From Octopus sinensis (Eukaryota), in assembly GCF_006345805.1 (NCBI RefSeq), contig NC_043003.1, positions 108,748,001-108,812,000 of the forward strand: a stretch of 64,000 nt of DNA, read 5' to 3'. The position numbers and the translations under genes are program-made. The first letter of the stretch is position 1, and each line of letters opens with the position of its first letter. Shown here piece after piece: positions 51,923 to 64,000 of this stretch. The notes beneath the pieces are model-generated. The model did no database searches. It was not told the DNA's origin and saw nothing but the letters and a program-made list of their open reading frames with translations.

Positions 51923-52533
51923 ATGCTTTATGGTGAGCTTGCAGAAGGGAAATGCAATCAGCATAAACCTACAAAAAGGTTTAAGGATGACATAAGGACT
52001 ACTATGAAGTCACTTGGAATGGATCCAGAAGACATAGAAACCCTTGCTTTGGATCGAGTTGGATGGCAAATGAAAGTGTGGAGTGGACTGAAATCATTTG
52101 AAGAGGCCAGGATAACGCATGCCAGACTCAAAAGAGATTTAAAGAAGAATGTTATGATCGAGACAGTGAATGACAATGACCTTTTATTGTGTGCACAGTT
52201 TGTGACAGACCATGCCTTTCTTTTGCTGGGCTCAGTTCTCATTTGCAAACCCATGGAAGATGAACATCCACCAACTATTCTGCCTATATGTCTGCACACA
52301 CATTTGAAAGCAGTAAATGCCAGAAGGTTTGCAAATCTAACGGAGGCCTCAAAAGACATTTTAAGATCCACAAAGATCAGAGCTTATCTGGTCCAAATCG
52401 GATGTGCAATCTATGTGGGAGTCTTTTCAGAAGATTGTCTGGTTTCAAAAGCCACATCAGATGCCATGATGGTTCGAAGGTGTAGGTACAGGAGGTGGTG
52501 AAACTCTGCATAAGGAGTAGACAACCACCATAC
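51923..52533 (+). mobile_element. 3' fragment of a second RTE/BovB-like LINE with C-terminal C2H2 zinc fingers
   Basis: LYGELAEGK...KRFKDDIR...ETLALDRVGW is the typical RTE ORF C-terminus. After a frameshift come three CxxC-x12-HxxxH units at 52192-52470. Confidence 0.85.
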
Positions 52534-52914
52534 ATATGTGTGTGTGCGTGTGTATATTTTTACACACACACACATATGGTGGTTGTCTACTCCTTATGCA
52601 GAGTTTCGCCATTCACCATGATAGATTGCTAGCTACTACATATTCTTTCTTTTCTCTCTTTGTTTCTTTCTGTGGATGAGCAAAGGCTCGAAACGTTAAA
52701 GACTTTTTCACTTCCCGAGCGTTAAACTAATGCATCTGTTTGTTGTCTACACCACCTGCCTTCATCTTTTGTTTTTTTTGTGAATTCTCCCTCTCTGTGT
52801 GTGTGTGTGTGTGTGTGTGTGCACAAAATAATTTTTGCATCTTTTTGTGGAAACAAAAGAGTTTATAGGACTGCAAAAAAGAAATGCTCAAATGTAATTG
52901 AGACAGAGAGAAAG

Positions 52915-54041
52915 AAACATTGATCATAGAACAAATATGAAATTCGAGTCAATGACTTTATATAAACACCATACCTCCAAACATTTGATCATGTATAAAT
53001 ATAACATATAAAAATATACATATACAAAAAACACAGAAGGTAAAAACATATATGTGAATAAAATACAAATATATAGAAGAGCCTTTCAAAAAGGAAAATA
53101 GAACCACTAAGAGATTCATAAAAATTCTAAAGTGTGTCATGCTTCTAAAAAACTAAGATAAAATAAAATGTCAATTTCTATTAACAACAGCCACCTCCAT
53201 GTTTAGCAATGAAATAATTCTACAGTTCTATGCCATATGCCCATGGGCATATGGCATAGTGGTTAAGAGTGCAGGCTACTAACCCCAAATAATAATAATA
53301 ATATTGAAAAATACCTTAGAAATGAGAACCCGGGTTTGAAATTTTCCCAAGACACCTGATGAAGGCTGGAGGGTATATCAGCCGATATGTGGTGTTTAAC
53401 AACAAACAAAATGAGGACAAATATGTCAAATGTAAATAATGAAATAATTGGGTGGGGGTAGAAAATTTGGACTGGTTCTATGATGGGTTTATCTTTAAAT
53501 TAGCCATATGGTGTTGTATGAACTTTTTAGTTTCGTTTTGAGCATGTTTCCTGTTCATCCTGATGAGGGGGATCATTGCCCAGATGCACTTTGAATGTAA
53601 CTGAACCACAGCAATGAACTCTTGAAATGGCCATAGGTGTGTTTGAATTGATTGTGTAGAACACTTTTTGCTCGTGGGCGCCAACCTACCAATTGAAATT
53701 TTTGGACATACTCTTTCTTGTGTAAGGGGAATGAAAAAACTTAAATTTTTTTTAGTTGATTGACATTTTATTTTATCTTAGTTTATTTAGTTTTTTTAGT
53801 AGCATGACACACTTTGGAATTTTTAGGAATTTTTAGCCGGTTGTATTTACCATTTTGATAGGCCATTCGATATATTTAGTTTATTCACATGCATACTTTT
53901 ACATTCTGTGTTTTTTGTATATGTATATTTTCATATGTTTAAGAACCATGGTAATATATATGTATAATCAAATGTTTGAGGTATGGTGTTATATATAAAG
54001 TCGTTGACTTGAATTTGATGTTTATTCTATGATCAATGTTT
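52915..54041. mobile_element. Foldback-type element with ~260-280-bp diverged inverted arms and a SINE remnant inside
   Basis: 52915-53175 (aaacattgatcatagaac...aaaatgtcaat) is the diverged reverse complement of 53759-54041. Confidence 0.8.
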
Positions 54042-54060
54042 ATTTATATGTATATATATA

Positions 54061-54105
<45 letters not shown>

Positions 54106-54146
54106 ATGTATATATCTATATGTGTATATATACATATATATGTATC

Positions 54147-54186
<40 letters not shown>

Positions 54187-54351
54187 AATTTTCATAAGAT
54201 GAAATAAACAGGTTTTAATTACAAATTACAATTTGTTTCAGTCCCATACCATTACATAAATTATTTTATAAATAATTACACAAATACATATGACCTAGCA
54301 GCAGCTGTGTGCTAGCAGTTCCGCCTTCAGACAGATTGATGAATGGACAGA

Positions 54352-57300
54352 TCATCATCATCATCATCATCATTTAACGTCCGCTTTCCATGCTAGCATG
54401 GGTTGGACGGTTCAACTGGTGTTTGGGGAGCCCGAAGGCTGCACCAGGCCAGTCAGATCTGGCAGTGTTTCTACAGCTGGATGCCCTTCCTAACGCCAAC
54501 CACTCCGAGAGTGTAGTGGGTGATTTTATGTGCCACCAACACAGGTGCCAGACGAGGCTGGCGAACGGCCACGCTCGGATGGTGTTTTTATGTGCCACCA
54601 ACACAGGTGCCAGACAAGGCTGGCAGACGACCACGCTCGGATGGTGTTTTTTTTTTTTATGTGCCACCGACACAGGTGCCAGACGAGGCTGGCGAACAAC
54701 CATGCTCGGATGGTGTTTTTATGTGCCACCGACACAGGTGCCAGACGACCACGCTCGGATGGTGTTTTTATGTGCCACCGACACAGGTGCCAGACGAGGC
54801 TGGCGAACGGCCACGCTCGGATGGTGTTTTATGTGCCACCGACACAGGTGCCAGACGAGGCTGGCGAACGGCCACGCTCGGATGGTGTTTTTATGTGCCA
54901 CCGACACAGGTGCCAGACAAGGCTAGCAGACGACCACGCTCGGATGGTGTTTTTTTATGTGCCACCGACACAGGAGCCAGATTTGGCTGGCGATCGGCCA
55001 CGGTTGGGTGGTGATTGTTACGTGCCCACAGCATGGAGGCCAGTCGGTGCGGTACTGGCTACACCCACGTTCGGATGGTATTCTTGTGTGCCACCGGCAC
55101 TGGTACCACAAAGATACAAATTCCATTGATGTTCATCTATTTTGATTTTGTTTGATTTTCACTTGCCTCAACAGGTCTTCAGAAGTGTCACAAGAAGAAG
55201 GAGGTATGCACAGGTGGACTGACTACGTCCTAGGTAGGGGCCACGGGTTATGGCCTGACTAGTCTTGCCGGGTCTTCTCACGCACAGCATACTTCCATAG
55301 GTCTCGGTCTCTAGTCATTTCCTTGGTGAGACCTAAAGTTCGTAGGTCGTGCTTCACCACTTCGTCCCAGGTTTTCCTGGGTCTACCTCTTCCACAGGTT
55401 CCCTCAACTGCTAGGGTGTAGCACTTTTGCACACAACTATATCTTCAGCCATTCTCGTCATATGACCATACCAGCGCGCAGCCGTCTCTCTTGCACACCA
55501 CAACTGACGCTTCTTAGGTTCAACTTTTCTCTCAAGGTACTTACACTCTGACGATTATGAACACTGACATTACACATCCATCGGAGCATACTGGCTTCAT
55601 TTCTTGCGAGCTTACGCATATCCTCAGCAGTCACGGCCCATGTTTCACTACAATGTAGCATGGCTGTACGTACACATGCATCATAAAGTCTGCCTTTTAC
55701 TCTGAGCGAGAGGCCTTTTGTCACCAGCAGGGGTAAGAGCTCTCTAAACTTTGCCCAGGCTATTCTTACTCTAGCAGTTACACTTTCAGCACACACCCAC
55801 CCCCGCTACTAATTTGGTCTCCAAGGTAGCGGAAGCTATCAACTACTTCTAGTTTGTCTCCCTGGAACGTGGTAGAAGTTGGTCTCTGCACATTTCCAGT
55901 GTTTATTTCTCCTGAGCATCTGCCACATACGAAAACTATCTTCCCAGTTAGCCTACCTTTGACATTGCTGCACCTCTTATGTGTCCATAGCTTACACTTG
56001 GTGCACCTTATAGAGTTTCTCTACCTCACCTTTTCTACAGATCGAGCAGGGCCATCTACCTGAAGTCGTTTGTGGTTGGTCCACCTTCCTACTTATTAGG
56101 ACTTTGGTTTTGGCTAGGTTGATTCTAAGGCCCTTCGATTCTAATCCTTGTTTCCACACCTGAAACTTCTCCTCCAGTTCTGATAGTGACTCAGCAATTA
56201 GAGCAAGGTCATCAGCATATAGGAGCTCCCAGGGGCATCCTATCTTAAATTCTTCCGTTATTGCCTGGAGGACTATGATAAATAGGAGGGGGCTGAGGAC
56301 TGAACCTTGGTGGACCCCAACCTCTACCCCCGGAATTCTTCACTGTACTCGTTGCCAACCCTCACCTTACTAGCTGCGTCTCTGTACATGGCTTGCACAG
56401 CTCTCACTAACCATTCATCTATCCCTAGTTTCCTCATTGACCACCAGATAAGGGATCGGGGGACCCTGTCAAAGGCTTTCTCTAAGTCAACAAAAGCCAG
56501 GTACAAGGGCTTACCTTTGGCTAGGTATTTCTCTCTGCAGCTGTCTTACCAGGAATATAGCATCAGTAGTACTTTTCCCTGGCACGAACCCAAACTGCAT
56601 ATCATCTAAGCTAACTCTCTCTCTAATTAACTGGGCTATAACCCTCTCCGTAACCTTCATTACCTGATCCAACAGCTTGATGCCCCTGTAGTTATTTGTA
56701 TCTAGGGCATCGCCTTACCTTTGTAGCAGTTGACTATTATGCTGCTACACCAGTCATTGGGTATGACTCCTTCGTGTATCACCTGGTTAACTATACGGGT
56801 GACTATGCTATAGCCGACACTACCAGATATTTTGAGCATCTCTGCAGTAATTCCTGATGGGCCTGGGGCTTTCCCTGTCTTCATGCTTCTAATTGCCTTA
56901 GCTACCACGGAACTACTATCAACTCGGATAGCTGGTCCCTCTGTTGGGTCAACATTCGGCAGACTCTCTTTATCCCATTCATTTTCCTCATTCAGCAACC
57001 TTTCATAGTGGCGTCTCCAAGCTCTCTCTCTTTGCATCCTCATTTAGCGCAAGTGAACCATCCTCCATGCGAACACATTTCTCTCCTACCACATCTCGAT
57101 TCTCTCTCACACACTGTCTTGCAACACGAAATACCTCAAGTCTTTCATCCTCACGGCGCAGGACATTGGCAAATTTTCTTTTATCTGCTTCCCCTCTGGC
57201 TAGATAGACCTGTCTCCTAGCTTCCCTTCTGGCAGTCTGATACACTTCCCTGCTACCACCCCGTTCTTCCAGGCCTTCCAAGCCTGTTTCTTTTGTCTAA

Positions 57301-57741
57301 TAGCCCTATCAACAATATTGTTCCACCACCACGTTATTTTGGGTCTTAAGGGGACTTGCACCAGCCACAGATCTGGTCAGTGGCTTTCAGCAGGTTGTCC
57401 CTCAGAAACGTCCAGTTGTCTTCTACCCCATGTGTAGCTATACCCCCTTCCACTTCGTCAAAGGCTTCAAGTAACATATCTCTAAATCTCTGTCCATTCG
57501 CAGGGTCTTTAGCTTCCAGACCCTTCTTCTCCATGTTGGTCGTCTTCTAGTCGCCCTCTTAGTCCTGATCCTAAAGTCACTAACTACCAGTCTCTATGTT
57601 GTGGGGTGCATTCTTCTTCGCCTGGGAAGGTTTTGGCATTTATAAGCAGCCATCTTTCCCTTTTTCTGGCGAGGATGTAGTCGATTTGGCTAGTATGCTG
57701 GCCCGATCGGTAGGTGACCAGGTGGCTTGTTGGTTTCCTGA
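54352..57741 (-). mobile_element. 5'-truncated RTE-clade LINE: APE endonuclease C-terminus, RT, ~0.9-kb 3'UTR, (TGA)n tail
   Basis: Motifs TYRSGQHTSQIDYIL (EN), KTGKAPGPSGI, YLAFVDLEKAFDRVPR, GVHQGSVLSPLLF, PWELLYADDL, LEVVDSFRYLG, RGRPRKTW. Stop at 55259-55261. (CAT)n on + strand at 54352-54372. ORF is broken by many small indels. Confidence 0.95.
54524..55110. repeat. GC-rich minisatellite, ~62-bp unit, about 8 well-conserved plus 2 diverged copies, inside the LINE 3'UTR
   Basis: Unit ttttatgtgccaccgacacaggtgccagacgaggctggcgaacggccacgctcggatggtg; atgtgccacc recurs at 54528, 54590, 54659, 54721, 54770, 54831, 54893, 54957. Confidence 0.95.
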
Positions 57742-58321
57742 AGTAATGGATATATATATATACATGCATATACATGCATATACATACACATATATAAAAT
57801 GTGTGTGTCTGTGTGTGTTGTGTTATCACAGTCTGTATGGAGAGTAGCTGTGCAAGTGACTGAGTAGCTACTTCTGAAGTTTTAGTGAATTCTAATCTTT
57901 AATGTGCAGCATCAGCCACCTTGTGTGCATGTGCAACAAGTGCAGAAGTTATCGAAACAAGAATCTTTGGTTTGTTTAAGTGGGGCTCCAATTAGGTGGC
58001 CCTTAAAAAATAGACCCTGCTTAGGACATTCCCTGGGATTAGGAAAACTGCTGGTTTGAGTTTTATTGTCCTTGCACCAATAGTCTAGGAAGAGTTAATG
58101 AACCTAAAAACCTGAAGGACAGAGAAACATCGCTCAAATTCATAATAGGATAGAACTTGGTTGGCTGAGAAAGGTGGCACTACCCGAAACATTGTGTCTT
58201 TTTTTATACACTCCAGAGAACAAATTGACTAAACGATACAGAAGCCAACAAGCCTTATTGCGCTTGCATAGTCTATGAGAAATAAGTCAATTTTTCTTCC
58301 TCAAAATTTATACCTAAATGG

Positions 58322-58711
58322 TGTAGGAGTGGCTGTGTGGTAAGTAGCTTGTTTACCAACCACATGGTTCCGGGTTCAGTCCCACTGCATGGCACCTTGG
58401 GCAAGTGTCTTCTAATATAGCCTCGGGCCGACCAAAGCCTTGTGAGTGGATTTGGTAGACGGAAACTGAAAGAACCCGTTGTATATATGTATATATGTGT
58501 ATATGTTTGTGTGTGTCTGTGTTTGTACCCCCAACATCGCTTGACAACCGATGCTGGTGAGTTTACGTCCCCGTAACTTAGCGGTTTGGCAAAAGATACC
58601 GATAAAATAAGTACTAGGCTTACAAAGAAGAAGTCCTGGGGTTGATTTGCTCGACTAAAAGGCAGTGCTCCAGCATGGCCACAGTCAAATGACTGAAACA
58701 AGTAAAAGAGT
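58322..58711 (+). mobile_element. Near-full-length copy of the most abundant SINE (family A: tRNA head, internal (TG)n, tail cagcatggccacagtcaaatgactgaaacaagtaaaag)
   Basis: A box TGGCTGTGTGG, B-box-like GGGTTCAGTCCC, ccttgggcaagtgtc. About 20 related copies occur in the window. Confidence 0.9.
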
Positions 58712-59909
58712 AAATGGCTTAAAAGAAAGAGAACATACTGGATAATGCTGCACTGAGAAAAAGACAGGATGGTCAAGGGTGGAATGGCATAGATGGCTTG
58801 AGTGACCAGGGACGGTTTGCGGTAGGGATGTCTAACTAAACACTGGAAAGAAATTAAGGAAACATACTCTTCTACTAAAGCAGGGATGGGGAGAGACTTG
58901 CCCGTGAGCACAATTGCACCCACCAGCCCCTTTATTGTGCCTGCAGGCTGATATACTCGTCTGTACAAAATAGGGTAAATGTTGTTTCAATAATGAACTT
59001 TATACGATACTTGTATGCCTATTTGTGACGTAGGTTAGGTTTGCAGGACAACTTAAAACAGCCAGACTCGAAGAGAAATCGTCTGGAAATTGCCGTTTGA
59101 ATGGAAAGCTTGTTTTCACTATACAACACATATTGCTAGGTTTGTATCATCCTCTTGAGACCCAACTGTACTTGAGACCCAACTAAAAATACATTGCATG
59201 TATTGAAATAATTTTTATATGAAATGAAAGTTGAAGGATTGTAGAAGATACTGTGTAAAAATTATTCATATCCAAGAATCCCAAGTATTTAAATTTTCCT
59301 CCCTATTTCCTTTTCCACATTTTTGCAAAAAATGCGAGCAGTTTTTTACCAAACTAAATTATGCAAAAAAAATCATCTTTGTACCAGATTTACCGATGAA
59401 AACTTGAGTAAAGGACTAAGAATCGCAGTTTCTTCAAAGGCATGTGATATTCCTAAACTTCAAAAAAAAAAAAATAAAAAATAAAAAAAAGCAGTTTCAT
59501 CCTTCTCACTAGACAAAACCAAATTTTAAAGTAATGGTTAATTAGCTTTGATAAAATTATCACTAGGATAAATTTGTTTATGTCATTTACATATCAATGC
59601 AGTTTTTAAAGATTAAATGTGGTCTGTGCTTGATTGTAATGATTTCTCCAATATTAGGATAGGTACATTTTGAAAAATATAGAATACCTCATAAGTATAA
59701 AATGTCCTAAATTCAGTGGCAGTATTAATGAAGATGTTACATGTTAATTCAATGTGTTAAACTTATCTTTATTTATGTATATCAAATTATACATCGATAT
59801 ATACAAGATTTACACTGATATAAGAGTCAGAACTTGTGATCTACCTAAGGATGTTTTACTTCGGAAATTTTTGCCTGCTGCACTAAAAAGTTTCCCCACC
59901 CATCTACTA

Positions 59910-60162
59910 CAGGGGGGGGGTCAAAAGTAGGTATACACTTTTTAAATTAATTTTTTTTTTACAGGTACCGTAAATAATGACAAATAATTTGAGTCAAGAA
60001 CAAAGAAAGTGAAACATTTAGGAGATTAAACTGTGTTTAATAGATGTAACTGTAATTGAATAAGAGTAAATGTAATAAAATGGAAAAAATTTAAAGTGTA
60101 TATCTACTTTTGGTCCACTCTATACATCCTGTATCTACTTTTGGCCCACTCTATACATCCTG
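59910..60162. mobile_element. Tc1-like MITE with a 31-bp tandem duplication of its right end
   Basis: ta|cagggggggggtcaaaagtaggtatacacttt ... aaagtgtatatctacttttggtccactcta|ta; 60101-60131 is repeated at 60132-60162. Confidence 0.7.
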
Positions 60163-61867
60163 TAGAATTCTTGTAGAATAAGTGTTAGGAACGAACACAA
60201 GTTGATCAAAAAATAGTCTTTGATGATACAAGAGAGATGACATAAAAAAACCCACAACCGTAGGTGTCTGTCAGTTTTGACAATGTGTATTACAACTGTT
60301 TGGTCAGCTCTTTGATCAAATGCTGCTGAGCATTTGGTCCAGTGCACTAACAATTCTTCCAGCTAAATAATGGTAATGTTATTTCACAAAATTATTATTT
60401 TACAAATCAGTTGAAAACAAAGATACTTTATTCCAACAGAAGTCATTGTTTTGCTATTTACTTTCCTATGCATGCAGGGGTCAAGTGGAATTTGTTGAGG
60501 CAGATTTTCCTACAAGTAGATGCTCTTCCTGCAGACAACCCTCACTTGCATCCAAATCTAAATAGGGTAACATCACCCCCATGACAGGGCATGCTTTCAT
60601 GGAAGTTGGAAGATTGGACATGGTTTTGCATGAAGGTGACGCTCATTAATGCCTATCACATGATGTGAAGAGGAGTAGGCACAAACACACCCATACATGT
60701 GTGTGTGTGTATACATACATACACACACTCATATACAAATGTACACTCTCACCACACATAATAGCCTCCTTTCAACCAAGTCCACACACAAAGCTTTAAG
60801 GTGCCCCACAGTGGGACTGAACCTAAAACTACATGGTTGGGAAACAAACTTCTTAACTACACACCCAAAATTTTTATTAAACACATTTTTATTATCATTA
60901 GTTAATAATAATAATAATAATAATGGTTTCAAATTTTGGCACAAAGCCGGTAATTTTCAGTGCTGAAAGGATGAAAGGCCAAGTAGACCCCAATGGAATT
61001 TAAACACAGAACATAGAAATGGACAAAATGCTGCTAAGCATTTTGCCCAGCATGCCAACAGCTCCTCTAGCTCACTGCCAATATAATAAAAAAATTTGCT
61101 ATTATTACCACTAATATAAGCACGAGGCCACAAATCATTGTTGGGGAGGTTTTAGTTAACCCAAGGGCAGTTCTGAACAAGTACTTTATTTTCAGGAACC
61201 CAAGAAGTAAGAAAGATAAAGTTTAATCTAAGCTTGTTTCACTAGGAGCTACACAGCATCAAGTGCTGCCAATAACTTGACCCTTAAAAACTGAGAGAGG
61301 TGGGGGGGTTAATTTTTATGACCCTTTACAAAATTCTGTCAATTCATCTAATGCAGCTTCTTAGATTTGGTACAAAAGTCAATATTTGTGTGTGCGTACG
61401 TGCACGCATATGCCCTTTCAACTTCAAGACTGGTTTTACCCCAATATAACAGAGCGCATTTTATTTTTATTGACTAAAAAGAGAAGTTTTGCTTAAAATC
61501 TACTCTTGACAGGATTACAACACAGAATGCCAAGTTACCGAACTAGTTAGAATAAAGATTCCGTGCCTTCTCTTCTACTACCTCATACCATTTTCAAATA
61601 CACATTTCTTTTAATAGTGTAATTTTGTGCAATGTTATATTTACAACAATGAAAAAAAAAATGTACACAAGAATTCTAAAGAAGAAAACTTGCTCTATTT
61701 AGAGGTTCATTATTTCAGGAGTCAAAGAAATAACAGCTTGGAATCTCCTCTCTTCTCCAAATACCACACTGTGACAGCTCTTTAGTTATAAGAGCTTGTT
61801 AATCAGTATCTGAAAAGACTGAATACTGTCTGTGTATGAGTGTATGTATATATATGTATACATATAC

Positions 61868-61908
<41 letters not shown>

Positions 61909-62857
61909 ACACATACAGAGAAATAATACATGGATCTTTGTAGCAGAAAATGCCTAACAATATTCCATCAATCATCAATCAAATATTGATCAGTGTAGAA
62001 TGAGACCACACATTGAAACTGAACAAAGCACAAGACTGCTGGTTACCGGTACAAATAATGCACTGCATGCAGATTAAATTGCGTCTCTCCTCCTCCTCCT
62101 CTCATTGTTTCACGTAGGAAACAATGTGGTGAGTGCCAGAAAACATGCACTAATTGCTCATGCAAAACCAACAGTGTGCATGATTAATAACCGCTTTGTT
62201 TCTGTATGATTACTTTGATAACAGCTTGTAGGATACTTCAACATATGCATGCATGCATATGCACACAGACAGACAGATATACATATGAACAAACATATGC
62301 ACACACATATATTCATGCAGCCACACACACACATACATGCCCACAACCATATATATATATATGCACATGCAGACACCTTCGCATGCACATGGACACACAT
62401 ATGTGCGCGCACACATATATGATGCTTAGAAGCATTTAGGGTGTTAGTAATTTAGCAATTGCTTGTCTCATCTATAAATTGGATATCAAAAATAAAAGAA
62501 TAAATATATACATAAACTACACAAAAACAAACAAAACCAAAAAAAAGAGCAGCGGGCGAGAAGTGATTTAAAATTACAAAAGACAAATAACTAATGTTCT
62601 TAATAAGCATTTGACTGTTTGTATTTTATACACTTTACATTAATTTGTCATTATCAACCATTTACAAGAACAAAAAGAACAAAAGATAACAAAAAAGAGA
62701 TAAATGAAAACAAACACATGCAATAGTATTTCAGTTTGTGCTAATTCTGTAATGGTTTTAACAGTCTGGCTTTTAGCATTAACACTGTTATTTGACAACT
62801 TTTATCCCCATTAGTATTCTCCATTATTTTTATTGTTATTATTATTATTACTGTTTT

Positions 62858-63940
62858 GGTGGTGAACTGGCAGAACCGTTGGAACATCAGACTAAATGTT
62901 TAGTGGCATTTTCTCTGTCTTTACATTTTCATTTCAAATTCCGCCAATGTCGACTTTGCCTTTCATCTCTTCGGGATCGATAAAATAAGTACCAGTTGAG
63001 CACTGGGAGCGATGAATCTACTTAATCTTTCCCCACCAAATTTGCTGGTCGTGGGCCAAATTTTGAAACCAATTATTACTAAGTGGTGAGTTTGCAGAAT
63101 CATTAGCATGATGAACAAAATGCTCAGTGGCATTTCGTCTGTCTGTATGTCCTCAGTTCAAATTCCACTGAGGTGGATTTAGCCTTTCATCTCTTTCGGG
63201 GCTGATAAAATAAGTACCAGTTGAGCATTGGGTTCAATGTAATTGACTAATTCCTTTCCCTAAAATTGCTGGCCTTGTTCCAAAATTCAAACCATTATTA
63301 TTATTATTATTATTATTAAGGCAGTGAGGTGGCAGAATTGTTAGCGCACTGGATGAAATGCTTAGCAATATTTCACCAGTCGCTATGTTCTAAGTTCAAA
63401 TTCAACTGAGGTTGACTTTGCTTTTCATCCTTTTGCAGTCAATAAATTAAGTACCAGTTGAACACTGGGGTTGATGTAATCAACTCATCCCCTTCCCCAA
63501 AATTACTGCCCTTGTAGTAAAATTTGAACCCATTATTATTATTGAGGTGACAAGTTGACAGAATCGATTGTTAAGTCAAGTGAAATGCTTAGAAGCATTT
63601 CTTCTGACATTATATTCTTAGTTCAAATGCTGTTGCCGTCGACTTTGTCCTTCAGCCTTTAAGGGTTAATAAACTAAGTCCTAATTGATCTCTGGGGTCA
63701 ATGTAATTGTTCTACCCCCTCCTCTGACCTTGCTGGCCTTGAGCCAAAATTTTAAGCTATTCTTATTACCGAGGTAGTCGTTAATGCATTGCACAAAAAA
63801 ATTAGTGACATTTCTTCCACCTCTTTACATACAGATTTCCAATTTCCCAGTCAATTACTGGGGCTGATATATCTGATTAATCCTTTCTCCCAAATCTTTC
63901 TGGCCTTAAGCCAAAATTTGATACCATTATCATTATTACT
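62858..63940 (+). mobile_element. Head-to-tail chain of 5 family B SINEs (~230 bp each) joined by (TTA)n
   Basis: Heads near 62858, 63080, 63318, 63544, 63769; each unit ends ccaaaattt...ccattatta. Confidence 0.9.
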
Positions 63941-64000
63941 GTTACTGCAGAAAAAGGAAATCTGATAGATGATAAATAAACCCAAGGAATGTAAAGGTTA

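Noticed and set aside
54390-55129. Repetitive ORFs in several frames and a CRISPR-like appearance
   Set aside because: Tandem minisatellite with no unique spacers and no cas genes, in a eukaryotic LINE 3'UTR.
58273-58968. 231-aa minus-strand ORF
   Set aside because: Mostly antisense translation of a family A SINE; the same peptide words recur in many SINE-derived ORFs in the track.

Overview
AT-rich eukaryotic DNA dominated by microsatellites and interspersed repeats. The repeat families (several tRNA-derived SINEs, RTE-clade LINEs with (TGA)n tails, many MITEs) resemble those of an octopus/coleoid cephalopod genome; this is an inference, not a database result. Nearly all ORFs in the track are translations of (CA)n/(TA)n runs or SINEs. 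The window appears to lie inside long introns of one unidentified minus-strand gene. Two exons with good splice signals (46000-46176/46181 and 15501-15545) join in frame as ...SSHLLDSCM-RALEERGTMNFGYSR. The most notable observations are: (1) a clean polypyrimidine-CAG|GTAAGT recursive-splice-like site at 45347/45346; (2) a young RTE LINE with a C4HC3 PHD-type finger inside its reverse transcriptase and a ~62-bp minisatellite in its 3'UTR; (3) a second RTE fragment ending in three C2H2 fingers; (4) three fold-back palindromes at retroposon ends; (5) head-to-tail SINE chains in (TTA)n; (6) many long intronic hairpins that could be ADAR substrates. No CRISPR array, rRNA, true tRNA or complete protein-coding gene is supported. 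Repeat boundaries are read by eye and are approximate unless a TSD is quoted.
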